NCBI GenBank assembly: GCA_944387485.1
Contig: CALXFC010000002.1
Span: forward strand, 1-62,714
DNA length: 62,714 nt
DNA from: an uncultured Clostridia bacterium
Lineage (GTDB): Bacteria > Bacillota > Clostridia > TANB77 > CAG-508
Direction of reading: 5' to 3'
Each line of letters opens with the position of its first letter. The first letter of the stretch is position 1. The translations under genes and the position numbers were made by a program. This document shows, piece after piece, positions 51,924-61,488 of this stretch. The notes below the pieces were generated by a model. That model worked only from the letters and a program-made list of their open reading frames with translations. It was not told where the DNA came from and made no database searches.

Positions 51924-52703
51924 ATGATTAAAAAGTTTTCAAAAAATACTATAGAGGAATTACAATATTATGTCTATGTATATTCAGATCCGGATACTAA
52001 TATACCATTCTATATAGGGAAAGGAAAAGGAAATAGAGTATTTAGTCATTTATCAGATACGCAAGAAGGAGAAAAATTAGAAAAAATAAAAGAAATAAAA
52101 AGTAAAGGAAAGGAACCTAAAATAGATATCTTAGTGCATGGAGTTAGTGAAAATACTGCAAAAAAGATAGAAGCAGCTACAATTGATTTATTAGGTAAAG
52201 AAAATTTAACTAATAAAGTAAGAGGGTATCAGTCTCTTGAATATGGAAGAGCTGATGTAAATTTAATAGAAGCTAAGTATAGTCAAAAAGACGAATTAAA
52301 AAATGAAGATATAAAAGAAAATTTAATAATGTTTAAGATTTCAAATTCGTATAAATATGGAATGAAAGCAAATGAAATTTATGACATAACACGAAGTGCA
52401 TGGAAAATTAATATGGAACAAGCAAAAGATTTTAAAGTAGCATTGGCAATATATGATAATGTGGTTTTGGAAGTATATGAGATTATTCAATGGTTTAAAG
52501 GTGGAAGAACAACATTTAATAGTGTATTTAAAGATGAATTTAAAAATGATGATAGATATGAATTTGTCGGAAGAATAGCAAATAGGGAAATAAGAGATAG
52601 GTATATAAATAAGTCAGTGAAAAAATTATATAATGGTTCTTCACATGAATTTAGATATTTTGAAAAAGATGTGTCAAAAAATGAAAAAGAAAACCAAAAG
52701 TAG
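51924..52703 (+). CDS. GIY-YIG nuclease-domain protein with an uncharacterised C-terminal domain
   Basis: YYVYVYSDPDTNIPFYIGKGKGNRVFSHL matches the GIY...YIG...R core. The RBS is GGAGGG. I did not recognise the C-terminal roughly 130 aa. Confidence 0.7.
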   Translation: MIKKFSKNTIEELQYYVYVYSDPDTNIPFYIGKGKGNRVFSHLSDTQEGEKLEKIKEIKSKGKEPKIDILVHGVSENTAKKIEAATIDLLGKENLTNKVRGYQSLEYGRADVNLIEAKYSQKDELKNEDIKENLIMFKISNSYKYGMKANEIYDITRSAWKINMEQAKDFKVALAIYDNVVLEVYEIIQWFKGGRTTFNSVFKDEFKNDDRYEFVGRIANREIRDRYINKSVKKLYNGSSHEFRYFEKDVSKNEKENQK

Positions 52704-52776
52704 AGTGATTTAATAGAAGTTTTTACCAGAAAAGTACAATTTAGAAATTAAAGAAATGTAAAGATATATTTAAATT

Positions 52777-52814
52777 AATAATGTGGGCAAATAAAGTAGT
52801 CTACATTATTTTTG
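52777..52814 (+). terminator. Terminator hairpin
   Basis: AATAATGT pairs with ACATTATT, followed by TTTTG. Confidence 0.55.
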
Positions 52815-52855
52815 TTTATTATATTTTTAAATAAAATTTCGAGTCTCCTTTTTTC

Positions 52856-52884
52856 TTGACAAAATTACTATTTGCTAGTAAAAT
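52856..52884 (+). promoter_or_regulatory. SigmaA-type promoter
   Basis: TTGACA, a 17-nt spacer, then TAAAAT. Confidence 0.6.
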
Positions 52885-52912
52885 AAAATAGAATTAATGT
52901 AAGGAGATTTAT

Positions 52913-54934
52913 ATGCAAAATAATAATAGAAAAGTATTTGATTCACTTGTATCTAGAACTAAGATATATTTAGTGATAATATTAATTTTATTAATAGTAA
53001 TTTGTGTGGAAAATATAAACATGATTTATCCTGCGATTTTATTATATTTAATTATAGTAGGATATACTTATTATGCAAATAAAAAGAGAAAAAGTGAAAT
53101 ATCTGAAACTTTACAGGATTTAACATTAACAGTAGACTCAGCAGCAAAAACTAGTTTGATAAATTCACCTTTTCCATTAATTATTTTAGAAACAGATGGA
53201 AATATAATATGGAGAAGCACTAAATTTAATACTGAGTTTGCTAATATTGATATAAATACATACTTAAATGATTTAATAGTAGATATTAGAGATGAGATAG
53301 AAAGTGGCGACACAGGAAATAGTGATATTTTAACAGAGATGAAGATTGGAAATAACATGTATAAGATAATGGGAAGATATGTTAATTTCAGAAATAGAGA
53401 TAAAGACAGGAAAAACAAGAAAGAATTTATGGTTATCTTATACTTTATAGATGATACAGAAAATATAAAACTACAAAAAGAATATAGGGATTCTAAATCT
53501 TGTGTTGGAATCATAATGGTAGACAATTATGAGGAAACAATTCAGAGAATTGATGCTGAAGAAAAACCACAAATAACAGCAGAGATAGATAAAGAAATAT
53601 TTGATTGGGCAAACAAGACAAATGGTGTTTTAATAAAGGCAGATAGGGACAGATATGTTTATTTGTTTGAACAAAGATATTTAGATGATGTAAGAGAAGA
53701 TAAATTTAGTATATTAGATAAAATTAAAGAAATTGATACTAATGAAAAAGTACAATTTACATTAAGTATAGCAATATCTAATGAAGGTAATACTGATAAG
53801 GAAAAATACAAATCAGCTCAAAGTGCAATGGACGTTGTTTTAGGGCGTGGTGGCGACCAAGCAGTTATTAGAGAAAATGAAATATATAAATTCTACGGTG
53901 GAAGAGTAGAAGAAGTGGAAAAGAGAACAAAGGTAAAAGCAAGAGTGGTTTCACATGCTTTAGTTAATTTGATAAAAGATGCAAATAAAGTAATGGTTAT
54001 GGGACATACCAATCCAGATATGGATAGTATGGGATCTTGCATGGGGATTTATCGTTTAGCAAAAACTTTAGATACAAATGCTTATATAATATGTAGCGAA
54101 AACACACCAGCTTTAGAGAATTTCATGGAAGAATTGAAAAAAGATCCAGAGTATGAAGATGTTATAATAAATAAAGAAGTAGCATTAGAAAATATTGATG
54201 AAGATACTTTGTTAGTTGTTGTTGATACTCATAAAATAAATTATGTAGATAGTCCAGAGTTATTAGATAGATCAAAGAAAATAGTTGTAGTAGATCATCA
54301 TAGAAGAAGTACAGACTTTATAGAAGATGCTACTTTAATGTTCCAAGAGGTATATGCTTCATCTGCTGCTGAACTTGTAACAGAATTACTTCAATATTCT
54401 GGTACAAGAATTGAATTAAAGACAATAGAAGCTGAAAGTTTATATGCAGGTATAATGATGGATACAAAAAGTTTTACATTTAAAACAGGAGTAAGAACTT
54501 TTGAAGCAGCAGCATATTTACGAAAATGTGGTATAGATATAATTAGAGTAAAAAAATGGTTTCAAAGTGATTTTAAGAGTTTTAATCTTATTGCAGATAT
54601 AGTAAAGAAAGCAGATATTTTACAAAATGAAATTGCTATATCTACATATGATAAAGTATCAACAGAAGCAAATCTTATATGTGCTAAAGCAGCAGATGAA
54701 TTGTTAACCATAAGTGATATTACAGCTTCATTTGTACTTGGAAATACTGGTGATAAGGTTTGCATTAGTGGACGTTCTATTGGTGATATTAATGTACAAG
54801 TTATATTAGAAAAATTAGGTGGTGGTGGGCACATCACTTTAGCTGGTGCTCAAGTAGAAGGCATGACAATAGAAGAGGCAAAACAAGAATTAATAAATAG
54901 GATACATGAGTATTATTCAGAAATAGAAAATTAA
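52913..54934 (+). CDS. gdpP: Cyclic-di-AMP phosphodiesterase GdpP (YybT)
   Basis: Two N-terminal TMs, PAS-like and degenerate GGDEF regions, a DHH motif (VVVDHHRRS) and a DHHA1 motif (GGGGH). It lies close upstream of rplI-dnaB, separated from them by the 54952-56257 gene. Confidence 0.9.
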   Translation: MQNNNRKVFDSLVSRTKIYLVIILILLIVICVENINMIYPAILLYLIIVGYTYYANKKRKSEISETLQDLTLTVDSAAKTSLINSPFPLIILETDGNIIWRSTKFNTEFANIDINTYLNDLIVDIRDEIESGDTGNSDILTEMKIGNNMYKIMGRYVNFRNRDKDRKNKKEFMVILYFIDDTENIKLQKEYRDSKSCVGIIMVDNYEETIQRIDAEEKPQITAEIDKEIFDWANKTNGVLIKADRDRYVYLFEQRYLDDVREDKFSILDKIKEIDTNEKVQFTLSIAISNEGNTDKEKYKSAQSAMDVVLGRGGDQAVIRENEIYKFYGGRVEEVEKRTKVKARVVSHALVNLIKDANKVMVMGHTNPDMDSMGSCMGIYRLAKTLDTNAYIICSENTPALENFMEELKKDPEYEDVIINKEVALENIDEDTLLVVVDTHKINYVDSPELLDRSKKIVVVDHHRRSTDFIEDATLMFQEVYASSAAELVTELLQYSGTRIELKTIEAESLYAGIMMDTKSFTFKTGVRTFEAAAYLRKCGIDIIRVKKWFQSDFKSFNLIADIVKKADILQNEIAISTYDKVSTEANLICAKAADELLTISDITASFVLGNTGDKVCISGRSIGDINVQVILEKLGGGGHITLAGAQVEGMTIEEAKQELINRIHEYYSEIEN

Positions 54935-54951
54935 CAAAGGAGAAAATAATT

Positions 54952-56257
54952 ATGTTGTTAAAAAGATTAAAAAGTGAAAAAGGTTCTATTACTGTAATTG
55001 TGCTTTCAACAATGCTAGTAGTTGTAGCTGTTATATTCGTTTATTTTTTCTCTATGATGAATAAGAATAGTTCTCAAGCAAAAGAGTTAGAAAAAATAGA
55101 AAAAGAATACATTCAATCTGATAGTATGATGGAGCAAGTTTATGACGGAATTGACAAATTAGAAGATATAAAAGGAGTTTATTTTGCAAAAGATACACTA
55201 TTAACAATAGAAGGAAATAAAGTATTAATACCAGGAGGAGCGACAGTATCAGGATTAGATGATGAATGTTCATCAGTAAATGGAGGAGAAACATCAAAAG
55301 ATGGAGGCATAGTAATATATATAACAAAAGGAGAAGAAATAACAAATTGGGAGCAAGCAAAAACAAAATATGACCAATTTGTATGGATACCAGTAGAAAA
55401 AGCTTATGTTACAGTGGATGAAATTGGAGAAGATTCAATTGATAATTTAAAAAACTATATAAAAACTAACGGAGTATATCCAATGGCAATAAAGATAAGT
55501 GAAGATGAGTATAAGGGAGTTTTATATAGTTTTACCGAATCTGATGATGGAACATTAACAATAACACCTTATGATTATAATACAACAACATCATATAGAG
55601 AACCAAATGTTGTAAGTTATGACAGCTCAAACGGAGTATCAGAAGAAACATTGCAAACAGATTTTAACACAATGGTAACAAAAGTAGATGAAAATGGAGG
55701 ATTTTGGGTAGGAAGATATGAAACAACAAATTTGTCGTCTAGTAACGTAACAGTAATAAAAGGAACAACAACAGGGATAAATAATGTTACTTGGTATAAT
55801 ATGTATAAAAACCAAAAAAATTATGCGAGTACGGAATTTTCTGGTTCAACACCAACAATAACAAGTAGTATGATATGGGGAAGCCAATGGGATCAAATAA
55901 TGCTATGGATGAAAGGAGTACCATCAGAATTTACAAATGGAACATATACAGGAAGTTATTATGTAACAAATGCAGTAGGAATGGGAAATTACGGTACAAT
56001 ATCAGGAGTAGATGACGGAAGTAGTGGTTTAGCAAGTGCAGGTTATTCAGACAAATATAAAGTTAAAAATGTATATGATTTAGCAGGTAATGTATATGAT
56101 TGGACTTTAGAAGCTTATAGTAATGACAATGTTCGAGTAATGCGCCGGAGGCCACTACGTTCATACTGATGCTATATTTACTAGACAATACGTTCGTGAT
56201 GGTGCTATTCCGACCGTCGCATCTTCTGGCAATGGCTCACGTCTCACAATTTATTAG
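54952..56257 (+). pseudogene. TadE/G-like N-terminal module fused to an FGE-sulfatase (SUMF1-like) domain. The last roughly 38 codons are in another frame (frameshift or sequence error).
   Basis: The N-terminus EKGSITVIVLSTMLVVVAVIF...MNKNSSQAKELEKIEKEY is paralogous to ORF 597. FGE-like motifs occur in order: GGFWVGRYETT, NVYDLAGNVYDWTLE, RVMR. After removing one C in CGC[C]GGAGG (about 56144-56145) the reading frame continues GGHYVHTDAIFTRQYVRDGAIPTVASSGNGSRLTIY and stops at 56255-56257. Confidence 0.7.
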
Positions 56258-56282
56258 TGGAATTGTATGATTATAATTAAAA

Positions 56283-56309
56283 AGGGTTCAAATGAACTCT
56301 TTTATTTTG
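56283..56309 (+). terminator. Rho-independent terminator
   Basis: AGGGTTC pairs with GAACTCT (one G-U pair), followed by TTTTATTTT. Confidence 0.6.
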
Positions 56310-56413
56310 TAAAATCACTTATTTCGTTTTAGTAAAAATATCAGAAAATAGAAAGCGTGAGATTTATGTTTTGGAGAAAAATTTTATACATTTTAAATTG
56401 TTTAATAATTTCC

Positions 56414-56442
56414 TTGAAAAAAATATAGAAATAGAGTAAAAT
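56414..56442 (+). promoter_or_regulatory. SigmaA-type promoter for rplI-dnaB
   Basis: TTGAAA, a 17-nt spacer, then TAAAAT. Confidence 0.55.
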
Positions 56443-56467
56443 ATTGTCTTAAGAAAGGTGTGATAAT

Positions 56468-56914
56468 ATGAAGGTAATATTAAAATCAGATATAAAAGGT
56501 GTAGGAAAAAAAGATGAAGTAATAAACGCATCAGATGGGTATGCAAGAAACTTCTTACTACCAAAAGGATTAGCAGTAGAAGCAAATAGTGCAAATATGA
56601 GTAAACTAAAAGCAAAAGAAGATTCAAAAGCATATAAGAAAGAACAAGAAAGAGAAGAAGCTAAAAAGATTGCTGATAGGTTAGCAGGAATACAATTAAA
56701 AGTGCCAGTAAAAGCAGGAGAAAATGGAAAAATATTTGGTGGAGTGTCAGCAAAAGAAATAGCAGATTTGTTAAAAACAAATTATAATATAGAAGTTGAT
56801 AAAAAGAAAATAGATTTAAAAGAAACTATAAAAACATTAGGATTAAGAGTAATAACAATAAAATTATATGACGGAGTTGTAGGAAACCTAAAAGTAGACG
56901 TAATAAGTAAATAA
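56468..56914 (+). CDS. rplI: 50S ribosomal protein L9
   Basis: MKVILKSDIKGVGKKDEVINASDGYARNFLLPKGLAVEA. Confidence 0.95.
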   Translation: MKVILKSDIKGVGKKDEVINASDGYARNFLLPKGLAVEANSANMSKLKAKEDSKAYKKEQEREEAKKIADRLAGIQLKVPVKAGENGKIFGGVSAKEIADLLKTNYNIEVDKKKIDLKETIKTLGLRVITIKLYDGVVGNLKVDVISK

Positions 56915-56959
56915 GATGTGTCCCAGATTGTCCAAAAATGGGCAATTGGGAAACGTCCC
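56915..56959. repeat. 45-nt intergenic imperfect-palindrome element, copy 2
   Basis: The sequence is GATGTGTCCCAGATTGTCCAAAAATGGGCAATTGGGAAACGTCCC, 40/45 identical to 36739-36783. It lies between the rplI stop and the dnaB RBS. Confidence 0.85.
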
Positions 56960-56983
56960 AAATGTGACAAAGGAGATGAAGTA

Positions 56984-58318
56984 ATGGAATTAGGTAAAGT
57001 GCCACCAAATGATATAGAAGCAGAACAAGCAATTATTGGTAGTATGTTAACAGATAGAGATGCTGTAATTTCAGCAATTGAGGTGTTAAAGCCAGATGAT
57101 TTTTATAGGGAAGATAATAAAACTATATATGAAGCTATTTTAAATTTATATAGTCGTTCGGAACCAATTGATATAATAACAGTAAGAGCTGAATTAGAGT
57201 CAATGGGAAAACTTGATAATGTAGGAGGATTAGAATATATAGCTGAATTACCGGATAAAGTACCAACTACTGCAAATGCTATGAAATACATAAAACTAGT
57301 GGAAGAAAAGTCCACCTTGAGAAAATTAATAAAAACAGCAAATGAAATAATAGAACTAGGATATAATCCTACAGAAGATGTCGAAGATATAATGGAAGGT
57401 GCTGAAAAGAAAATATTTAATATAATGCAAGATAAAGAGCAAAAAAGTTATAGTCCATTAAAAGATGTCTTGGTAGAAAGCTTTACAAAGTTAGAAGAGT
57501 TGTATAATAGAAAACAACATATAACAGGTGTACCGTCAGGATTTATAGATTTAGACTTTAGAACAGCGGGTTTTCATGGATCTGAATTAATATTAATTGC
57601 TGCAAGACCTGCTATGGGTAAAACTGCTTTTGCATTAAACATAGCAACAAATGCAGCATTAAGAGCAAATGTACCAGTAGCAGTATTTAGTTTGGAAATG
57701 TCAAAAGAACAATTAGTAAATAGAATTTTATGTAGTGAATCTATAGTTGATAGTAATAAAGTAAGAACTGGTAAATTAGATGAAGAAGATTGGGCAAAAC
57801 TTGCGAGTGCGATAGGACCTTTATCAGAGGCTGAAATGTATATAGATGACACTCCTGGTATAAATATAATGGAAATAAGAGCAAAGTGTAGAAAGCTAAA
57901 AATAGAAAAAAATATTGGTTTAGTTGTAATAGATTATTTACAATTAATACAGGGAAGTAATAGAAGAGGAGGAAGTCGTGAACAGGAAATCTCAGAAATA
58001 AGCCGTTCATTAAAGATTTTGGCAAAAGAACTAAATGTTCCTGTAATAGCATTATCTCAATTATCAAGAGCTGCAGAGCAAAGACCAGACCATAGACCAA
58101 TGTTATCAGACTTAAGAGAATCTGGAGCAATAGAACAAGATGCTGATATTGTAATGTTTTTATATAGAGACGATTATTATAACCAAGATACAGAAAAGAA
58201 AGACATAGCAGAAGTAATAATTGCAAAACATAGAGGTGGTTCAACTGGTACAGTGGAACTTAGATGGAATGGAAGCTATACAAAATTTACAAATTTGGCA
58301 AGAGGATATGATGATTAA
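56984..58318 (+). CDS. dnaB: Replicative DNA helicase
   Basis: MELGKVPPNDIEAEQAIIGSML, Walker A ARPAMGKTAF, and the C-terminal RecA-like fold motifs. ATG 56984 is 8 nt after AGGAG (56971-56975). The upstream extension in the ORF track runs through the repeat element. Confidence 0.9.
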   Translation: MELGKVPPNDIEAEQAIIGSMLTDRDAVISAIEVLKPDDFYREDNKTIYEAILNLYSRSEPIDIITVRAELESMGKLDNVGGLEYIAELPDKVPTTANAMKYIKLVEEKSTLRKLIKTANEIIELGYNPTEDVEDIMEGAEKKIFNIMQDKEQKSYSPLKDVLVESFTKLEELYNRKQHITGVPSGFIDLDFRTAGFHGSELILIAARPAMGKTAFALNIATNAALRANVPVAVFSLEMSKEQLVNRILCSESIVDSNKVRTGKLDEEDWAKLASAIGPLSEAEMYIDDTPGINIMEIRAKCRKLKIEKNIGLVVIDYLQLIQGSNRRGGSREQEISEISRSLKILAKELNVPVIALSQLSRAAEQRPDHRPMLSDLRESGAIEQDADIVMFLYRDDYYNQDTEKKDIAEVIIAKHRGGSTGTVELRWNGSYTKFTNLARGYDD

Positions 58319-58366
58319 AAGTTTGTATTAAAACATAATACTTGAAAATACTTGTAAAATATAGTA

Positions 58367-58404
58367 AAATAAGTAATATTTAAGATATTACTTATTTTAT
58401 TTTA
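58367..58404 (+). terminator. Rho-independent terminator
   Basis: A 13-bp stem, AAATAAGTAATAT pairing with ATATTACTTATTT, followed by a T-rich tail. Confidence 0.75.
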
Positions 58405-58424
58405 ATAAAAAAGAGGAATAAAAA

Positions 58425-59411
58425 ATGAAAGAAAAAGTGTTAGAAACAATTAAAAAATATAATTTAATAGAAGATGGAGATAAATTAGTATTAGCAGTAT
58501 CTGGTGGACCAGATTCAATTTCAATGCTAGATATATTGAACAGAATAAGACAAGAGGGCATTTTAGTGTTTGAAATTTGTGTCGCACATGTAAATCATAT
58601 GATAAGAGAAGAAGCAAAAGAAGATGAAGAGTATGTAAGAAAATATTGTGAAAAAAATGGAATTGATTTTTATTCAAAAAGTATAGATGTACAAAAACTT
58701 GCTAATAATAATAAAGTAGGAACTGAAGAAGCTGGGAGATTGGTTAGGTATAAATTTTTTGATGAAATTTTAGAAAAAACAGGTTTTAATAAAATAGCAA
58801 TTGCACATAATAAAAATGATAAAGCTGAAACAATTATTATGAATATTATGAGAGGAAGCGGAATAACAGGATTAAAGGGAATTGAACCTAAAAGAGGAAA
58901 ATATATAAGACCATTAATAGAATGTGAAAGATTTGAAATTGAGAAATATTGTGAGGAAGAAAAATTAAATCCTAGAATAGATAAAACTAATTTTGAAAAT
59001 ACATATACAAGAAATAAAATCAGGAATATTGTTATTCCGTATGTAAAGAAGGAATTTAATCCTAATATTATAGAGACTTTAAATAGATTATCAGAACTTG
59101 TAGGAGATGAGGAAAGTTATATAGAAAAACAAGTTAAAAAAGTATATGAAGAGTTACTAATTACTGAGGGAAAAAATGAAATAATTATTGACTTAAAAAA
59201 CTTTAATAATCAAGAAAAAGTAATAAAATCAAGGATTATTCTATATACTATAACAAGACTATTTGGAACTAGTAAAGAAATTACGAAAGTACATATTGAA
59301 GATATTATAAAGCTTTGCGGTAATAATATAGGTAATAAATATCTAACTCCAAATAAGAATATAAAAATTTTAGTAAAAAATCATAAAGTTTATTTTATAA
59401 AGGAAAATTAA
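58425..59411 (+). CDS. tilS: tRNA(Ile)-lysidine synthase (short form)
   Basis: PP-loop motif SGGPDS, and a position upstream of ftsH. Confidence 0.85.
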   Translation: MKEKVLETIKKYNLIEDGDKLVLAVSGGPDSISMLDILNRIRQEGILVFEICVAHVNHMIREEAKEDEEYVRKYCEKNGIDFYSKSIDVQKLANNNKVGTEEAGRLVRYKFFDEILEKTGFNKIAIAHNKNDKAETIIMNIMRGSGITGLKGIEPKRGKYIRPLIECERFEIEKYCEEEKLNPRIDKTNFENTYTRNKIRNIVIPYVKKEFNPNIIETLNRLSELVGDEESYIEKQVKKVYEELLITEGKNEIIIDLKNFNNQEKVIKSRIILYTITRLFGTSKEITKVHIEDIIKLCGNNIGNKYLTPNKNIKILVKNHKVYFIKEN

Positions 59412-59472
59412 GTAGCCGTAACAAATGTTGTGAAACATGCTTGTTTGTAATAAAAACGTCATAAAAAAAATA

Positions 59473-59501
59473 TTTACAAAGAAAAAAATATATGTTATAA
59501 A
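59473..59501 (+). promoter_or_regulatory. SigmaA-type promoter candidate
   Basis: TTTACA, a 17-nt spacer, then TATAAA. Confidence 0.3.
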
Positions 59502-59543
59502 ACAATATGAAAATGCAAAAGTAAAACAAGAGGAGGAATTATT

Positions 59544-61355
59544 TTGAAAAACGGAATTAAAACATTAGCAATGTGGTTAATAATAGGGGTTATTTTTATT
59601 GTAGTATTATCATCTATAGTAGAAAACAGTGATTCTAAATTAAAATATTCAGAATTAATAACTAATATTAACAACGAAAATATTGAGGATATAGAAATAG
59701 AATCAGATGGAGTGACTGCAGCAGTAACTTTGAAAGATGATAAATCTAAAAAAGAAGTTAATATTCCAGATATGGGTAATTTCATGAACTATGTAGAAGA
59801 ATATTTAAAAGAAGGAGCTTTTACTTTAGAGGAAAAATCACAATCAATATTTATTACAGTGCTTAGTCTACTTACACCATTTGGATTACTTATAATATTC
59901 TTTATATTCTGGTTCTTAATGATGGGAGGAACAGCAAACGGAAATGCTGGAGGAAAGACAATGTCTTTTGGTAAGAGTAAAGCTAGAATGATGACTCCAG
60001 CAGATAAAAATAGAATAACATTTGATGATGTAGCAGGTGTAGATGAAGAAAAAGAGGAATTAGAAGAAATAGTAGAATTCTTGAAGAATCCTAAGAAATA
60101 TACAGATATGGGTGCAAGAATACCAAAAGGAGTATTACTTGTTGGTCAACCAGGTACTGGTAAAACGTTACTAGCAAAAGCCGTAGCAGGTGAAGCAGGA
60201 GTGCCATTCTTTATAATAAGTGGTTCAGACTTTGTTGAAATGTTTGTTGGTGTTGGTGCATCACGTGTAAGAGATTTATTTGACCAAGCTAAGAAAAACG
60301 CACCATGTATAATATTTATAGATGAAATTGATGCTGTAGGACGTCAAAGAGGTGCAGGACTTGGTGGAGGACATGATGAAAGAGAACAAACATTAAACCA
60401 ATTATTAGTAGAAATGGATGGATTTGCAGAAAACGAAGGTGTAATAGTACTTGCTGCAACAAACAGACCAGACGTATTAGATAAAGCATTATTAAGAGCA
60501 GGAAGATTTGATAGACAAATAGTAGTAGGAATGCCAGATGTAAAAGCAAGAGAGCAAATATTAGAAGTTCATAGTAGAAAGAAAAGACTTGCAGATGATG
60601 TTGACTTAAAAGTAATCGCTAAAAACACATCAGGATTTGCAGGAGCAGATTTGGAAAATGTGTTAAATGAAGCAGCATTACTTGCGGCAAGAAGGAATAT
60701 GAACGAAATAGGAATGCAAGAGATAGAAGATGCAATGGTTAAAGTAACAATGGGACCAGAGAAGAAAACAAAAGTAAGAAGTGAAAAAGAAAATAGATTA
60801 GTTGCATATCATGAAGCTGGTCATGCAGTTGTAAGTCATTTCTTACCATCACAAGATCCAGTACATCAAATATCAATAGTACCAAGAGGAATGGCTGGAG
60901 GCTATACAATGTATAGACCAACAGAAGATAAATCATTTATGTCAAAAACAGAGATGGAAGAAAATATAGTATCATTACTTGGTGGTAGAGTTGCAGAGGC
61001 ACTTATATTGAATGATATATCAACAGGAGCAAGTAATGATATAGAAAGAGCAACAAAAATTGCAAGAAGCATGGTTACAAAATATGGTATGAGTGATAGA
61101 ATAGGAACTTTAACATTAGGACAAGGACAAGAAGAAGTATTTTTAGGAAGAGATTTTGGTCATACAAAGGAATATTCAGAAGAAACTGCAGCTATAATAG
61201 ATGAAGAGACAAAGAAAATAGTAGACCAAGGTTATAATAGAGCAAAACAGATTTTATCTGAAAATGTTGATAAACTACACAAAGTTGCAGGAATATTATT
61301 AGAAAAAGAAAAGATTGAAGCAGACGAATTTGAAGCAATATTTAATGAACAATAA
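59544..61355 (+). CDS. ftsH: ATP-dependent zinc metalloprotease FtsH
   Basis: Walker [14 protein letters not shown], the second region of homology, and the zinc motif HEAGHA. TTG start after GAGGAGG. Confidence 0.95.
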   Translation: MKNGIKTLAMWLIIGVIFIVVLSSIVENSDSKLKYSELITNINNENIEDIEIESDGVTAAVTLKDDKSKKEVNIPDMGNFMNYVEEYLKEGAFTLEEKSQSIFITVLSLLTPFGLLIIFFIFWFLMMGGTANGNAGGKTMSFGKSKARMMTPADKNRITFDDVAGVDEEKEELEEIVEFLKNPKKYTDMGARIPKGVLLVGQPGTGKTLLAKAVAGEAGVPFFIISGSDFVEMFVGVGASRVRDLFDQAKKNAPCIIFIDEIDAVGRQRGAGLGGGHDEREQTLNQLLVEMDGFAENEGVIVLAATNRPDVLDKALLRAGRFDRQIVVGMPDVKAREQILEVHSRKKRLADDVDLKVIAKNTSGFAGADLENVLNEAALLAARRNMNEIGMQEIEDAMVKVTMGPEKKTKVRSEKENRLVAYHEAGHAVVSHFLPSQDPVHQISIVPRGMAGGYTMYRPTEDKSFMSKTEMEENIVSLLGGRVAEALILNDISTGASNDIERATKIARSMVTKYGMSDRIGTLTLGQGQEEVFLGRDFGHTKEYSEETAAIIDEETKKIVDQGYNRAKQILSENVDKLHKVAGILLEKEKIEADEFEAIFNEQ

Positions 61356-61362
61356 TATTTTA

Positions 61363-61400
61363 AATAATACCACATAGATGAGCTATGTGGTATTATTGTT
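61363..61400 (+). terminator. Terminator hairpin
   Basis: A 15-bp stem, AATAATACCACATAG pairing with CTATGTGGTATTATT. The T-tract is weak. Confidence 0.6.
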
Positions 61401-61488
61401 AGATTAATATATTTTTTCTATTGATATTTTACTTTTTTTATTATAAAATATTCTTATAAAATAAATAAGAAAGTGGAAGAAAAAGCAT

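Noticed and set aside
56918-56983. N-terminal extension of dnaB (MSQIVQKWAIGKRPKCDKGDEV).
   Set aside because: It runs through the 45-nt repeat element and has no RBS. ATG 56984 has AGGAG 8 nt upstream and gives the canonical DnaB N-terminus.
58342-58370. Promoter-like TTGAAA, 17-nt spacer, TAAAAT between the dnaB stop and the dnaB terminator.
   Set aside because: It sits upstream of and overlaps the terminator hairpin. This is probably a chance match in AT-rich DNA.
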